DNA of 31,253 nt from Octopus sinensis (GCF_006345805.1 NW_021832467.1:1-31253), one strand, 5' to 3'. Shown: positions 1-13,712, counted from the first letter of the stretch. Program-made: numbers and translations. Notes: a model not told the origin generated them from the sequence alone.

Positions 1-464
1 GTTCGATTTCTTTCAGTTTAACTAACATCTAAAGATGTATTATGTAGGATAACGCCACATTGAAATAGAACAACGTTAATGCAGTAGTAATTTATTGATC
101 TAGCAATTTGCCTAGAGTGTATTTTGTAAGCAAAACATGCAACCCAACCGCGCTTAGAAATAAAGCAGTGTATTCAGATATTCTTTTCTGATAGGTAAAA
201 AGATACCTTCGGCAATTATATCACAAATGGAAGTCCAACTAATTTAGCGCATCACACTTTTAATATTCGCTAAGTTGTTGTAGAAGTGGACAATGGTATT
301 TACATATGTCACTTACGCAAGGTGTTGAGTAAAGTCTATCGATATAGCATTCATTTTCACAAGCTTATATATTCACACTCCTTACACAAGCAGTTGAAAG
401 CACATAGACACACAACACATACACAACACGCACAACACAAACACAAACGCACATACACATGTAT

Positions 465-512
465 ATAATAATGATAATAATAATGATAGTAAAAATAAAA
501 ATATTGATGATG

Positions 513-595
<83 letters not shown>

Positions 596-705
596 AAGAA
601 GAAGAAGAAGAAGAAGAAGAACAACAACAACAAGAACAAGAACAAGAACAACAACAACAACAAGAACAACAACAACATCAATGACAAAAACAAAAACAAC
701 AACAA

Positions 706-743
<38 letters not shown>

Positions 744-759
744 ACAATAATAATAATAA
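465..759. repeat. Compound trinucleotide microsatellite (TAA)n-(GAA)n-(CAA)n-(CAG/CAA)n
   Basis: Tandem triplets are directly visible. The poly-I/L/T ORFs here are translations of the repeat. Confidence 0.97.
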
Positions 760-1315
760 ATGCCCTGATGTAGTACCAGGCAGTAGCTCTCATGGCTTCT
801 GATCTTAACTGATTGGAAGTGTTATCATGTACATTGTTTTGCCTTGGCATAAAAGACGGGCTACAGCAAATATTCTGCTCAGTACCACAGATTTGCTTGT
901 CAGTTGTTTGACCGTAACCATTTGAGCATGTCCCTTAGTGGCTGACGATATGTGCATCTCTGATCACGAGCAAAAGTAGTGGCGGAGCATCATAGCCATG
1001 TGTTGAGAGGGATTCTTTGGGGTTTCAATAATTCACCTCTGGAAACATGGGTGTTTTGTTCAACATCCTTAACCAACCCTTATCCAGGGACCTTTTGAGC
1101 GGGATGGGCTACTCGACCTGACGAAAATTCTAACTGGGCCCCACCTGCAAGGTCATGTGCTGTTTATCTTGATATGAGATCACCATGTCGCGCACATATG
1201 GTTGTGATGCATGTGCCTGGTGTACCCTTATCAGACGGGTAGTCTTGATGGGTATATTGGGCTTCGTATATTTTACCCCAGTGTCACTTTGATGACATGC
1301 ACTGCTCTCTCACTC

Positions 1316-1316
<1 letters not shown>
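760..1316. mobile_element. ~555-bp non-coding insert between (TAA)n tracts, probable unclassified interspersed repeat
   Basis: Higher-GC complex sequence with sharp boundaries into (AAT)n on both sides and no credible ORF. It resembles a repeat I recall from octopus sequence, not verified. Confidence 0.55.
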
Positions 1317-1388
<72 letters not shown>

Positions 1389-1436
1389 GTAATAAAAATA
1401 ATAATAATAATAATGATGATGATGATGATTATGATG

Positions 1437-1467
<31 letters not shown>

Positions 1468-1506
1468 TAATAATAATAATAATGATTGATGATGATGATT
1501 ATGATG

Positions 1507-1545
<39 letters not shown>

Positions 1546-1683
1546 GAATAAAATAATTAATAAGAATAATAAGAAGAGAAGAATAAAAGAAGAAGAAGAA
1601 GAAGAAGAAGAAGAGAAGAAGAAGAAGAAGAAGAAGAAGAAGAAAGAAGAAAGAAGAGAAGAAGAAGAAGAAGAAGAAGAAGA
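1317..1683. repeat. (TAA)n/(GAT)n/(GAA)n compound microsatellite
   Basis: Directly visible. Confidence 0.97.
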
Positions 1684-2459
1684 TCATATCATACGCTAAA
1701 TAAACTACATGTATGTCCAGCTGACGTCGGTAATTTGTTGCAGGACATGCGACTTAACACGAGAAACGACGTTATACGATAAACGTGTTTGAAAACCTTT
1801 AATTAGTTATTAGTAAACATTTTGCCGTATATTTTATTTTTAAGTTCAGTATTGGTTTTTTTTCTTTTAATATTTATCTTTTCACTGTCTTTATTAAGAC
1901 CGACGTGAAGTAGAAGGAACCGACGGAAGTTGAGCTGAATTTTTTCCCATTTTCATTTCTTTAAAAGAAAATCCCCTAAATATTGAGTCCGAAAAGCCTC
2001 GAAACGACGTAAGTTGAAGTATGCTTGCATATATAGCATCACAATCCATAAACGATGGGCTACATTACAGAGCTCTCTAAATGTACGATATCATGTAGTA
2101 TCTCTGATACAAAGAGCTTTAGCTGTAGTCTAACTGAACGTATCACCTCTCGCTATCAACCTCTCTTTATTATTTCCTCTCTCTTCCACCTCGTTTTCAA
2201 TCAACCCCTTCCCTTTCTCCCGCTCTATCTCTTTATCTATCTACATCCCTACGCCTCATGCACATACACATTCACCCATATATATATATTTGTATATGAA
2301 TATATCTCTGTGAGTATATCCACCGTGGTACTTATAATATATTTATTCCTTTATTATTTAGTTTTTGTTCTTATTTTTCAAAGAATTCATTTCTTAATGC
2401 AAAAAGTTTCTGAATTGTAATAATAATGAGAAACTCTTTTATTTTTACCTTTCGGCAAA

Positions 2460-2725
2460 ATAGAGTGTTTCGCCGTAACATTTACCAATTTATAACTCAA
2501 TCGGAATATCATTAAGAGACTATCGAAAATATTGCCGGAAGCAACTTGTCCAACAATCTCACAAGATTCAGAGAAATCAGAAAAAATGTCACTTGGAAAA
2601 TATTATAGTTTTGGATGAGATGTCTGTGAAAGCGGGTATATCTTTGAAACTTTCAAGCAAACAGGAATAACAAGGAGGAATTTGATGAGATTCAGTCAAG
2701 AAATTCTTATTAAATAGTTCTCTAA
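2460..2725 (+). pseudogene. Possible highly decayed Penelope GIY-YIG endonuclease fragment
   Basis: Translation SNLSNNLTRFREIRKNVTWKIL...LLNS loosely resembles the PLE endonuclease C-terminus (T.LS.YIW.LK....I.WKIL...LLN.R). Many stops; weak match. Confidence 0.25.
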
Positions 2726-3045
2726 TTTTAGAGAATACTTTTGTTGTTATTGTTGATAGTGTATTTGTTGTTGTTGTTGTATCTGTTATTTGATTTGTCT
2801 TAATTGAGTTGTTCTTATGCGTGTGTGTGTGTGCGTGTGTGTGTGTGTGCGCGCGCGTGTGTGTGTGAGTGTGGCGTATATGGGTGTATAATGTATAATT
2901 ATATATATATGTATATATTATATATACATATATATATATATACATATAATATAAGATATACATATATATAATTATATGTATATATTATAAAATATATATA
3001 TATATATATATATGAAAGTAGTATATATATATATATATATCTGTA

Positions 3046-3076
<31 letters not shown>

Positions 3077-3084
3077 ATACATAC

Positions 3085-3121
<37 letters not shown>

Positions 3122-3282
3122 AATATAAATAAATACTTACATACATATAGATACATATATATATTGTATATATATGTATATATATACATGTATATTCCGG
3201 AGGTGATCAATATACTAGCAATAGATTTTAGTTAATTTTTTCCTGTTTAAAATTTTACAAATTCAAAACAGGTCTAATAATT

Positions 3283-3858
3283 TGGTCTCAAATTTTGGGG
3301 GCTAAGTTAAGTAAATCAGCCCAAATGCTCAAATGGTGTGTATTTTATTGAACCCCAGAGGATGAGAGGGACAGTCGACCTCGGCAGAATTTGAACGTAT
3401 AGAGTCTATACTATTAACGGACGAAATGCTGCTAAGAACTTCCCCAAAGTCCATCCCCTCCTCACCATGGTGGCGACGCTGGCAACAGGTAGTGTCAGAG
3501 CTATGCCGTCGGGAACTTCGGTTCCTGGTAGGGCAACCCAAGGCGGATTGGTCTGACACCCAGTGGTATTAGGGCTACAACCCGGCAGACGGGACTCTGT
3601 TGAAAATCCTCAGAGTGTCTGTTTCGGCAACCGGCGGCTCCTCGGTCGTTCTGACCCTGCGTCTGCGGACAATCTGCGGCAAACAGGAGGTCTCTACATG
3701 CGGGATTGTTGGGGACCGCTTGTGAAATCCACATATTCCCACGAAACTTCTTCCATGGTAGAAGAAGCCAACTCAACCCGCCCACTGTGAATGACGCCAC
3801 AAGTACATGTACAAGAACTTCGTACGACCTGATTAACCATAAGGCTAGATCGCCACAT
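3283..3858 (-). mobile_element. tRNA-derived SINE (octopus OR-like), interrupted by an insertion at 3443-3812
   Basis: gtcgacctcggcagaatttgaac...gacgaaatgctgctaag matches the copies at 30402-31253. The remaining head-like sequence resumes after 3821. Confidence 0.75.
3443..3812 (+). mobile_element. Non-autonomous RTE-derived short retroelement with 9-bp TSD
   Basis: TSD aagaacttc at 3434-3442 and 3813-3821. The motif gagctatgccg...ggtagggcaacccaaggcggattggtc resembles RTE-clade 5'UTRs. 3' tail caagtacatgtac. Confidence 0.7.
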
Positions 3859-3934
3859 TAAAGCAATTTTACTATATTATATTATTTATGCTTTATACTT
3901 CATAATAATTTTCTTCTCTTTATTTTTTCTATTT

Positions 3935-4860
3935 TATTTGGAGCGCCAATGGATGGATTTGCAGTTATCAAAACTACTGATTGTTTTGTAATGTTACACG
4001 AAGTGTGGTTTTAAACCATGTTAGCATTCCACAAACAATGGAAAACTAGCTCTGGCAAGCATAATTCAGGAAGGAACACAAAGAAAACAGAGAGAGGCCA
4101 CAGACTGGTAAAACATACTGTGTTAATAGAAAGCATTAAATTATGGGAGCAAATGTGACACCAGAGATAAAGTATCATCTTGTCAGAATTGTGTCGAACA
4201 AAACCGTGGGCTTCATAAATTTGGATGTCATGAAAAGACTTACGATTGCTAAACATCTCTTGTCCAACTTCACAGTTTATATGAGAGGGAAATTGTGTCT
4301 AAGCAATGAGAAAATGTCATTGACTCTATGAAACGATGCTATCATCGCTAAAGTATGAACATTCACGATTTTCCAAGTTCGGGGTGGATGTTTATCAGGA
4401 GGCAGCACAAACAGTTTTTCAAACCCGATTGTTTGTCCCCTATCGTGAAGTATGGAAGTGGCTGTGTTACGATTAGAGCAGCAATATCGAAGAATTCTCT
4501 TGGACCTTCAGTCGTTCTACATGGCTGAATTAACGGAATTATCCGAATATTTTGCCAGATTATATTCATTCTATGGTACAAACATTGCCCCTTGGTGGCA
4601 GGAAAATAACGTGACGACTCACAGGATATATTTTGTGTATAAATTAATACGGGTAGGAAAGGAAGTAGAACATTTTGATCTTTCCTCGCAACCACTGCAT
4701 CTCAATACAATCTAACTTTGAAGATGTGTTTTGTAGCATCAAGTGCAAAGCTTATATACATCAACCGTTGTCGTAGAGAGAGCTAAGAAGGATTTTTACA
4801 TAAAGAATGAGTTAAGTTTCCCTAACAACAGTTTAAACCCTGAACATTTTCATTCTGATA
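3935..4860 (+). mobile_element. Decayed Tc1-like DNA transposon (transposase pseudogene)
   Basis: Across frameshifts it reads KTSSGKHNSGR..., KPDCLSPIVKYGSGCVTIRAAIS (cf. P.VKHGGGSVMVW), QENN..TH (cf. FQDDNAPIH) and SQPLHLNTI (cf. WP.QSPDLN.IE), in the correct order. Confidence 0.88.
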
Positions 4861-5270
4861 TTGTATGTGATTATGACTGTGTGTGACTATATATGTGCGT
4901 ATGTGAGTATGTACGTATATGTGTGTCTGTATGCGGGCACTTGTGTGTGTGTGTGTGTTACTTCTGAAGACAGAATCCATATCTTGTATTTCGTTTTTTT
5001 GTTTCTCACGACATCAAAACGAGAACGTGAATTGACTTCATTATAAGAAGTTCCACTGAGGATTAAATTAAGCGTTGTGATATAACTGACATTTAATCCA
5101 CTTATTAATTACAAAAATTATTGACTTCACACGTTTGCTCCAGTTCGCTTTTGCTTATAGTACGTTAATCCCCCAATTGTTTTAAACCCAACTCTCTCAT
5201 TTTTCCACAAACACAAAAACACACATAATGCTACAATAACATACGCACCCATATACGTGCGTATATATAT

Positions 5271-5374
5271 ATTACGGATGTATGCATAAATGTATATATA
5301 TGTGTGTGTTTTTAGTATGTTTATGGATATATATGTATCTGTCTATCTATGAATATACATGGATATATACATAC

Positions 5375-5463
<89 letters not shown>

Positions 5464-5595
5464 TATATATATTACGGATGTAAGCATAAATGTATATATG
5501 TGGTTTGTTTTTAGTATGATTATGGATATTATGTATCTGTCTATCATCAATATACATGGCTATACATATATAGTATATATATATATATATATATA

Positions 5596-5640
<45 letters not shown>

Positions 5641-5759
5641 TTACGGATGTATGCATAAATGTATATATATATATGTGTATGTTTTTAGTATGTTTATGGA
5701 TATATATGTATCTGTCTATATATCAGTATACATGGATACATACATAGATATGTATATAT

Positions 5760-5805
<46 letters not shown>

Positions 5806-5910
5806 GGATGTATGCATAAATGTTATATTATATGTGTGTGTTTTTAGTATGTTTATGGATATATATGTATCTGTCTATCTATCAATATACATGGATACAT
5901 ACATACATAT
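5271..5910. repeat. Four-unit composite minisatellite: ~105-bp conserved unit plus variable (TA)n spacer
   Basis: tacggatgtatgcataaatg...tttttagtatgtttatggatat...gtatctgtctat...tacatgg recurs at about 5273, 5473, 5642 and 5803. Confidence 0.93.
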
Positions 5911-5942
5911 CTCTCTCTATATATATATATATAATATAAACG

Positions 5943-5977
<35 letters not shown>

Positions 5978-6479
5978 CACTTACATATACCTACATATAT
6001 ATAAATATAAGAGTGAGCATTGTTCCTTGTACGTTTGCATGTAGACGTTATCTATCTAAGCTTATCAATACTCGACGTTTTCTTTATGAGCATAACTCTC
6101 ATCATTTTCATTTTATGTGTCCCAATGGACGTAACATGAAAACAGTATTGTTTCTTATCTTACAGTACTTATACAACTATATATCATATAATTCTCTAAG
6201 ATATAAGTTCTTCAGTTAGCTTGATTTAATACACTACATATACACAGAAGAAACATGGCAATATTTGCTATAATTCTAATCGATTCAAAACGGAGGCCGA
6301 TGAGATTTTTCAAGTGGAAACTTGACTTTTTTTTACATTTTTCAAGTCTTTGTTAGTTTTTGGCGAATCTTGTTTGCAATGTCTGTTCGTTTCTTTGTTT
6401 CCATTTTCATTATTTTATTCTTTTTCAGATACTTTTTTCTGGGTTTATACAAATTCATACATATGTATATATGTATGTT

Positions 6480-6519
<40 letters not shown>

Positions 6520-6598
6520 CAAGAATATATATAATAAAACACACATATATACATAGAAACATAGCTATATAGATAAATAAATACACACACACACACAC

Positions 6599-6656
<58 letters not shown>

Positions 6657-7289
6657 TTATAAAGATCTACGTAATATGTACGCTTGTCTGTTTCAATGTA
6701 TATTTAGTCTCATGGTTGTTTTTAAATTTAATGCGCATAAACACATATACACATCTTTTTAAAGGCATAATTCTGTGGTTGGGCGTAGGCATGTCTGTTT
6801 TTGGGTGTGTAAGAGTGTGTGACTATATATGTGAGTATGTACGTGTATGTGTACCTGTATGTGGGTGCTTGTGTGTGTGTCTGTTTGCGGGTGAGTGTTT
6901 TTGTGTGTTACTTCCTAAGTCAGAATCCATATAATCTTCTCAATGCTTCTGAAAGGATGACTGCGTGCGTGTGGTGAATGTTTGGTATGTGAGCATGTGT
7001 TTGACTTTGAGTGTGCGCGCGTAAATGCAAGCATGTTTACATACATACAGTGAAACAGACCACACACACAAACCCACACACATACACACACACACGTACA
7101 AAACATGCACACACACATATGTATGTTGATCTATTATTTACATGTTTACAAGTGCGTGAAAACAAGAAAATATACATTTATATATCTTCATGTGTATGTG
7201 GACGTAAAATAATAAGACACCTGTGCTCTACAACGTTGGATCTACAGGTTTTCTGTCTGACGAGCATACTTTATATATAACACTCTTAA

Positions 7290-7378
7290 GTATATAAACA
7301 TACATATATAATATATAATATATTATATATTATATATAATATATATATATATTATATATATATGCCTGTGTGTGTATG

Positions 7379-7409
<31 letters not shown>

Positions 7410-7509
7410 CACGCATGCATATAGGTATGTGTATGTATAATATATATATATATATCTTATATATATGTACATATATGTGCATATCAGTATCTATCTATCG
7501 CTCTATCTA

Positions 7510-7557
<48 letters not shown>

Positions 7558-7932
7558 TATATATATATATATACGAGAGCAAATAAAATATATGTTTATG
7601 ACTTGTGGCGTACTGTTTTCCATGTAAACAAGTAGACTTATTAAATGTGTGCTCGTGGGTGCACGTACATTTGCGTGATTATATATAAGTATGCAGATGT
7701 ATATACATATATATATGTATATATATGTTCATATATGCTTATATATATATATATATGCGTGTGTGTGTGTGTGTGTGTTTGTGTGCATGTGTGTGTGCGT
7801 TGTTCGTGTGTGTGTTTTTCTTACGTACGCAAACATCCATACACAGAAGTGCATAATGATACACATGTCTTGTGTTTGTCTATGTGTCTGTAAATTGTTT
7901 GTGTATATATATAGTATATATAATATATATAT

Positions 7933-7966
<34 letters not shown>

Positions 7967-8200
7967 ATATATAGATGATAGATACATATATATACATATG
8001 TATGAGTATGTATATATCTATGATATATGTATATATATATATATATATAAGTTTGTGTGTATATGTATATATAGATATATGCACAGACGCACATTCACAC
8101 ACACATATTTATGGACACATTCACTCACACACACACGCAAACACACACATGCATACACACAAACACACACACTCACGCACACGCACACATATACATATAT
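7290..8200. repeat. Extended (TA)n/(TG)n/(CA)n low-complexity region
   Basis: Directly visible; source of the poly-(YI)/(VC)/(HT) ORFs. Confidence 0.95.
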
Positions 8201-8847
8201 GCGCATTAAGAAATTAATCATGACCGTATTCCTCTCAACTTGAAAACCACCATTCGGTTAATGTGCACTTCTCCAATATGGCAACTTCAAAGTATTTGAA
8301 AATATTCGATTAATTCTCTAAAACTTACAAAGAAAAATATATAAAATTCTGAGCAAAAACTGCTCACGGTAAATTATACTAGCATTTTGTTTCAAGTCAC
8401 AATAAAAAATTTACAAGATTAAAGTTAATTTTTAAATATTACTTATGTGAAAAAGTTTTTTGGCGTTCTCATGAGGACATTTTTTTATACTTTTAAGTTG
8501 GAAAAAGTAAAATGTGATCATATATCATATGCGGTTTCTACATATGTTTCTTTGTGTATATACGTGTGTGTAAACTTTATACTTGCTAGAGTTTTATTCT
8601 CATTTACGTAATGCTATGATTTTATGTTTCTGCGTCGGCAAGTCACTTTGTGTGTTTGTGTGTTTATGTTCTTTTGGTTACAAATACATATATGGTGTGT
8701 GTGCGTGTGTGTGGTGTTTGTGTGTCTGCTTATATGTAGTGGTATCTACATTTATAGTGCAAAAATGTAAGTATATATGTATGTAAATATATATATATAT
8801 ACATATGTGTGTGTTTGTGTGTGTGTGTAATTAGATACATGTATATT

Positions 8848-8894
<47 letters not shown>

Positions 8895-9625
8895 AGGAAT
8901 TAAAAAAATATAGCGTCAGGGTGAGAGAAAAGAATGGTGTACAACGGAATAGCTTCGCACCAGTGATCTGGTCGATTGGAGCTCAACTGGGGCTAAACAA
9001 GAGATCAACAGAAACAATAACACGAATTTCATCAAATCAATTGACGTAAGAAAACGATATATCAAAATTCATTAACGTCATGTAAAGTACAAACACCATC
9101 TCATTTCTATACTTTTTTCAATAAAATCTCATTAATAAATATATTTATAAGGTCAAAAATTTCTGCGTATAAAACATTATATTATAGTATAAATAACAAA
9201 ACATATCTATTACATCGTTGAATATAAATTCTGTTTCATTTTAAGACTGCGTTATTTATACGTTTATTGTTCACAACGTAGATATAACACAGAACATTTG
9301 TAAACAAACGAAAATAAATGCATCAGTTTGGTGATAATTATGTTAATAGGAAAACAAATTTTTGAAGTAAACATTGAGGAAAAAAAAATCATTCTAATTA
9401 AATGATATAATCATTTTGAAGAATTAACGATTTTTCTTTTTCGTTTTGATTTGTTTTATAACCGTTCGTTTCAAAGATATTGTTCCAACGTTTGTCTATT
9501 GATTTAGAATAATACATCGGACCACTCCAGTTGAAGACCATACATATGTAGATAGATGAATATAAATGTTGCAAAGTAATATTAACGTGTTTGTGTATGT
9601 ACGTATATATGCATGTGTGCGTGTA

Positions 9626-9656
<31 letters not shown>

Positions 9657-9994
9657 GTATGTATAGGTGATTTTTATGCGTGTTAGATCTACGCATTCTT
9701 ACCAGAGCGTGTTGCGCACAATGTGGAATATATCTATACGACAATGGGTAACCATCATTTCAGGAACTGTTATGATATTTAAGGGTTTAGCTGTCTCCAT
9801 GATTTTCCGTAAATCACCGAGAATGTGCCCTTCAATTTTTAAGACATTGCATATTGTTTTAAGAAAAGTTAATTTCTGCATGTGACCATGCAACGTTTCA
9901 CATGTTGATTCCAACTTTCATTGTTCGGTGTTAAAGAGAATAACCCCATGATAAATGTCATCACATATTTATGAGGCTAATATTAGAAAAGTAA

Positions 9995-10200
9995 AGGGCA
10001 GTGGAAGTGCAACATGTTTGGAGGCGTCGGATGAAATGTCTTGTGGTATTTACCTCCTTTGAAGTCCTGGGCTCAAACCTCACTGATATAACATTTGACT
10101 TCTAGCCTCTAATGTGAATAAAATTGAGTAAAAGCTTAGTGGGGGAAAGGGCTTGACAAAACCCACCCTAAACGCATAACATTCTGCTTATGTTTGCTAT
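9995..10200 (+). mobile_element. Old degenerate SINE copy
   Basis: ggatgaaatgtcttgtggtattt...ctgggctcaaacc follows the layout of the adjacent SINE. Confidence 0.45.
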
Positions 10201-10220
10201 CAATATTTTGACCATAGTAA

Positions 10221-10422
10221 AGTGGTGAACTGGCAGAATCGTTAGCACACCGAACGAAGTGCTTAGCAGCATTTACATTTTTGCGTTCTGGGTTCAAATT
10301 TCTCCAGGGTATTCTTTACCCTTCATTATTTTGGGGTTAATGAAATAAGTACCAGTTGAAAACCGGGTTGATTTAATTGCCTTAACCCAAACCTGCTCTC
10401 CTCGTGCCTACATTTGAAACCA
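10221..10422 (+). mobile_element. tRNA-derived SINE (octopus OR-like)
   Basis: Head ggtgaactggcagaatcgttagc (A box), gggttcaaatt (B box), aaataagtaccagttg core and tttgaaacc end; colinear with 31037-31253. Confidence 0.85.
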
Positions 10423-12463
10423 AAATTCAAAACAGAGTAATTCTAACTGTTTTCTAAAACAAGTGTAAATTTTGATTGTTATACACACTCTATAATATTT
10501 GAAGGTGGGAGTGAGCTTGTGCGCAACACAAACATTTGATCACTTTAAACGAATCATCTATGCAAGTTGTTTAGCAAGGTATTGCATCATCGACTTCCTC
10601 GGATCGAGGGAATACGAATAACTTAAATTGAATAGTAGAGAACAAACAGTAGTTGTGCTATATTTCAAAAGAGTGTTAGTAATATTTTAGGAGATCAGTA
10701 TGAAAATCCGTTATTCGACTTATTAGAAATGTTTTTGTAAAACACAATATCCAGTTTGTTAGACCAATATTGCATCCCGTGTTTAGCATTTATAACCATG
10801 GCGGTACTTACTTAGCATTCTGATATAAATAGAAGATATATTGTTTCCTTGGGAAAAATATGCTGTCCGTTGATAGTGTAAGCTGATTAGACCTGGATGA
10901 ATCGCACATGTAAGTGCATAAAAGCTCGCATTAACGATTTCATGTATTCAAAAAGGAAACGGAAGATACAAAAGACTAGTGAGAATTAAATTAGTCAAAT
11001 CCTGACAAATTTCGAGATCTAATCACTCAGGCATCAGCGTCGATAAAATAAAAGGATCAGTCAGATATTTTAACAATTAATAAGCAAGAAAATAAAACGG
11101 AAGTATGTTCGTAAACATCTGAAGTGCTACGGATAGCAGCCAAATCTTCTTTAAGTTGCTATCCTATCGTCTTAAAATATCAAGAAAACCTGTGTATTCA
11201 GAATAGTAGTCCCCAGGATAAATTCGTACCTTAGATTTTGATCATGGTTTATTAGCGCTGACTTTTATTTAAAACAGCTGTTTTTATGCCTAAGCAAGAA
11301 AATAATATCATGAAAACAAAAATGTTATCAAATGCGGTCAAATCTAAAAAAAATTGGTTAACTAAAAGTTGAATGTGAAGCAACGACAGTATTTTTTATA
11401 TATACTTCAGATAAGGAAGTGAATAGGTTTAGTCATTACAGATCCGGATAAATCGCTTTACAGAGATAGTTCTGTGCTTCTGTCGCCTGAGTTCAAATAA
11501 CATAAAAGTCAATTTTATTTCTCATCATTTTGGCGTACGGTGTAGAGAAGGATACAGCAATGGATAACCAACCTATCATAGAAGAAGCGACGCGCAACTG
11601 CAGCGGTCGAAGAACTTACTGTTATGCACTAAGCACACCTTAAAAATTATGATCACAACGATATATATTGGCCAAAATTGTCTGAAATAGAGTATAAACG
11701 ACTACATTCAGACTTGTGCAGCCTGAGAATCTTAATGAAATGCATAAATTTAAATATAATTAGGATGAAATACATCGTATTTCTCTTTGTCAGAGAAAGG
11801 GCACACAACGTACATTAATATAAAAGGAAATTGCAATTGCGAATTGATAAAAAAAATTGTAAGTTCATTCATTGCAAGTATTCTATAGCGAATTCTATAG
11901 CGTCACACAAGAATAGATTTTTGTCTATTAAGATAAATAAAACATAGGTATTAATGAAAATAAAATCCATACTGTACAAACTTTCAATTAGTAACAAAGT
12001 CAAACTGCAAATACCTTGCAGCAGGTGATAGTCACGTTGTCACAATAAAATCGAGGGCGTTGCATCTCATGGTGATGGATCTGTTATAACTGATAAAGGC
12101 GTTGGAGTCGAGAAATAGCCGTGCTTAATAAAATCAAAATGGCAATTTGCGTAAATTTGTCCAACACCATCGTCAAGAAGGAAAACTAGATGAATGTAAA
12201 TTCTTTTATGGTTCTATAATTTAAAAATACAAATTTATTTATTCATTTATTTATTTTTAGAAGATTGGCTTTCGTTCTTGTCTGAGTGACATTGAAAACG
12301 AAGCAGTGATTCAACGTTCTTTTGTATACGTGCATGTGTACTTCAGTGATAACACGCTGAACAAAATATAAGTTTGCTTACAACTATATGTAAACTGATA
12401 GTGAGCACTATATGCTTGTATATATGTGTGAGTGTGTGGTGTATATATACATACATACATTAT

Positions 12464-12505
<42 letters not shown>

Positions 12506-12786
12506 ATATATAATTAGTATAGTATAGATAGATAGATAGATATGTGTGTATGTATCTATTTATATATACATACAAACATACATACATCAATACATATATA
12601 TAGATATATATGTGTCTATGTATATATATATATATATATATGTGTGTGTATGTGTATATATGTGTGTATATATATATATTTTAGAAAGAGGAATGGAGAG
12701 TTGGTAAGGATGTAAAATTAATTTCTTAACATACTACCAAAATAAAGTCAAAATTAAGTCAAGTAAAGCTTATGCATTGACTTTGA

Positions 12787-12827
<41 letters not shown>

Positions 12828-13655
12828 GTGGTAGGTGTGGGTCTCCAAGTGTAAGCATCTCATATGCAATGCACGCTGTACTGCTTCCAGACTGGAAACT
12901 GACGCTTCATATGTTATAGAGGTAAACATTGTCGCTAAATCAATACATTGAATTCCACACAGTCATATCTAGCAATCATATGATTTTTTTTTATATACCA
13001 GTTTACTTACTGTGAATTCGTAGTCATTTATTTTAAGCAGCTTTTATGTGTCTTTTTTTTTCTTACCACCATGTCATATCATTCTGTTTTCATACTTCCC
13101 CTTTAAAATGAACGCTGTTCCTAACGACCAGAACACGTTCAAAATTAGTGTGATTTGTAAATTTCTTTGATGGTAAACTATATTATTTTTTTTCATCGTT
13201 CTAATACGTCATTCGTCAGAGACTACTTCAATTACTATTATAACCACTTTTATTTACACTTTTATTGCTTTCGGTCAGTATATTTGAATTTTCTAAAACA
13301 TTAATTCACATTAGTTTGCTAAACTGACACGTACGTAAGCTCCACTGACATTTTCCATAACAGTATTCTTTCTTTTTACATCAACAAGTTTGTCTTCCAA
13401 CGCAAACGTGCTTAGATTTAATGTGTTGTAATGTTTGGTTAAAATACTACTGTGTCCTTTACATTATAACGATGCGGAACTCACATCGCCTCATGGCCAT
13501 ATAATGAGTTGCTTACTTCAGTCATATGAGTGTGTGTGTGTATATATGTGTATATATATATATGTGTATGTGTGTGTGCGTGCATACATATGTATGTGTA
13601 CATGCATATATAAATATATTATATTATATATATAAATATAAATATGTATATATAC

Positions 13656-13712
<57 letters not shown>

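Noticed and set aside
5271-5910. CRISPR-like repeat/spacer appearance
   Set aside because: Units are ~105 bp, spacers are (TA)n, the context is eukaryotic and there are no cas genes.
12010-12190. Possible exon in unique, moderately GC-rich sequence
   Set aside because: The frames I translated hit stops within about 40 codons and showed no recognisable motif.
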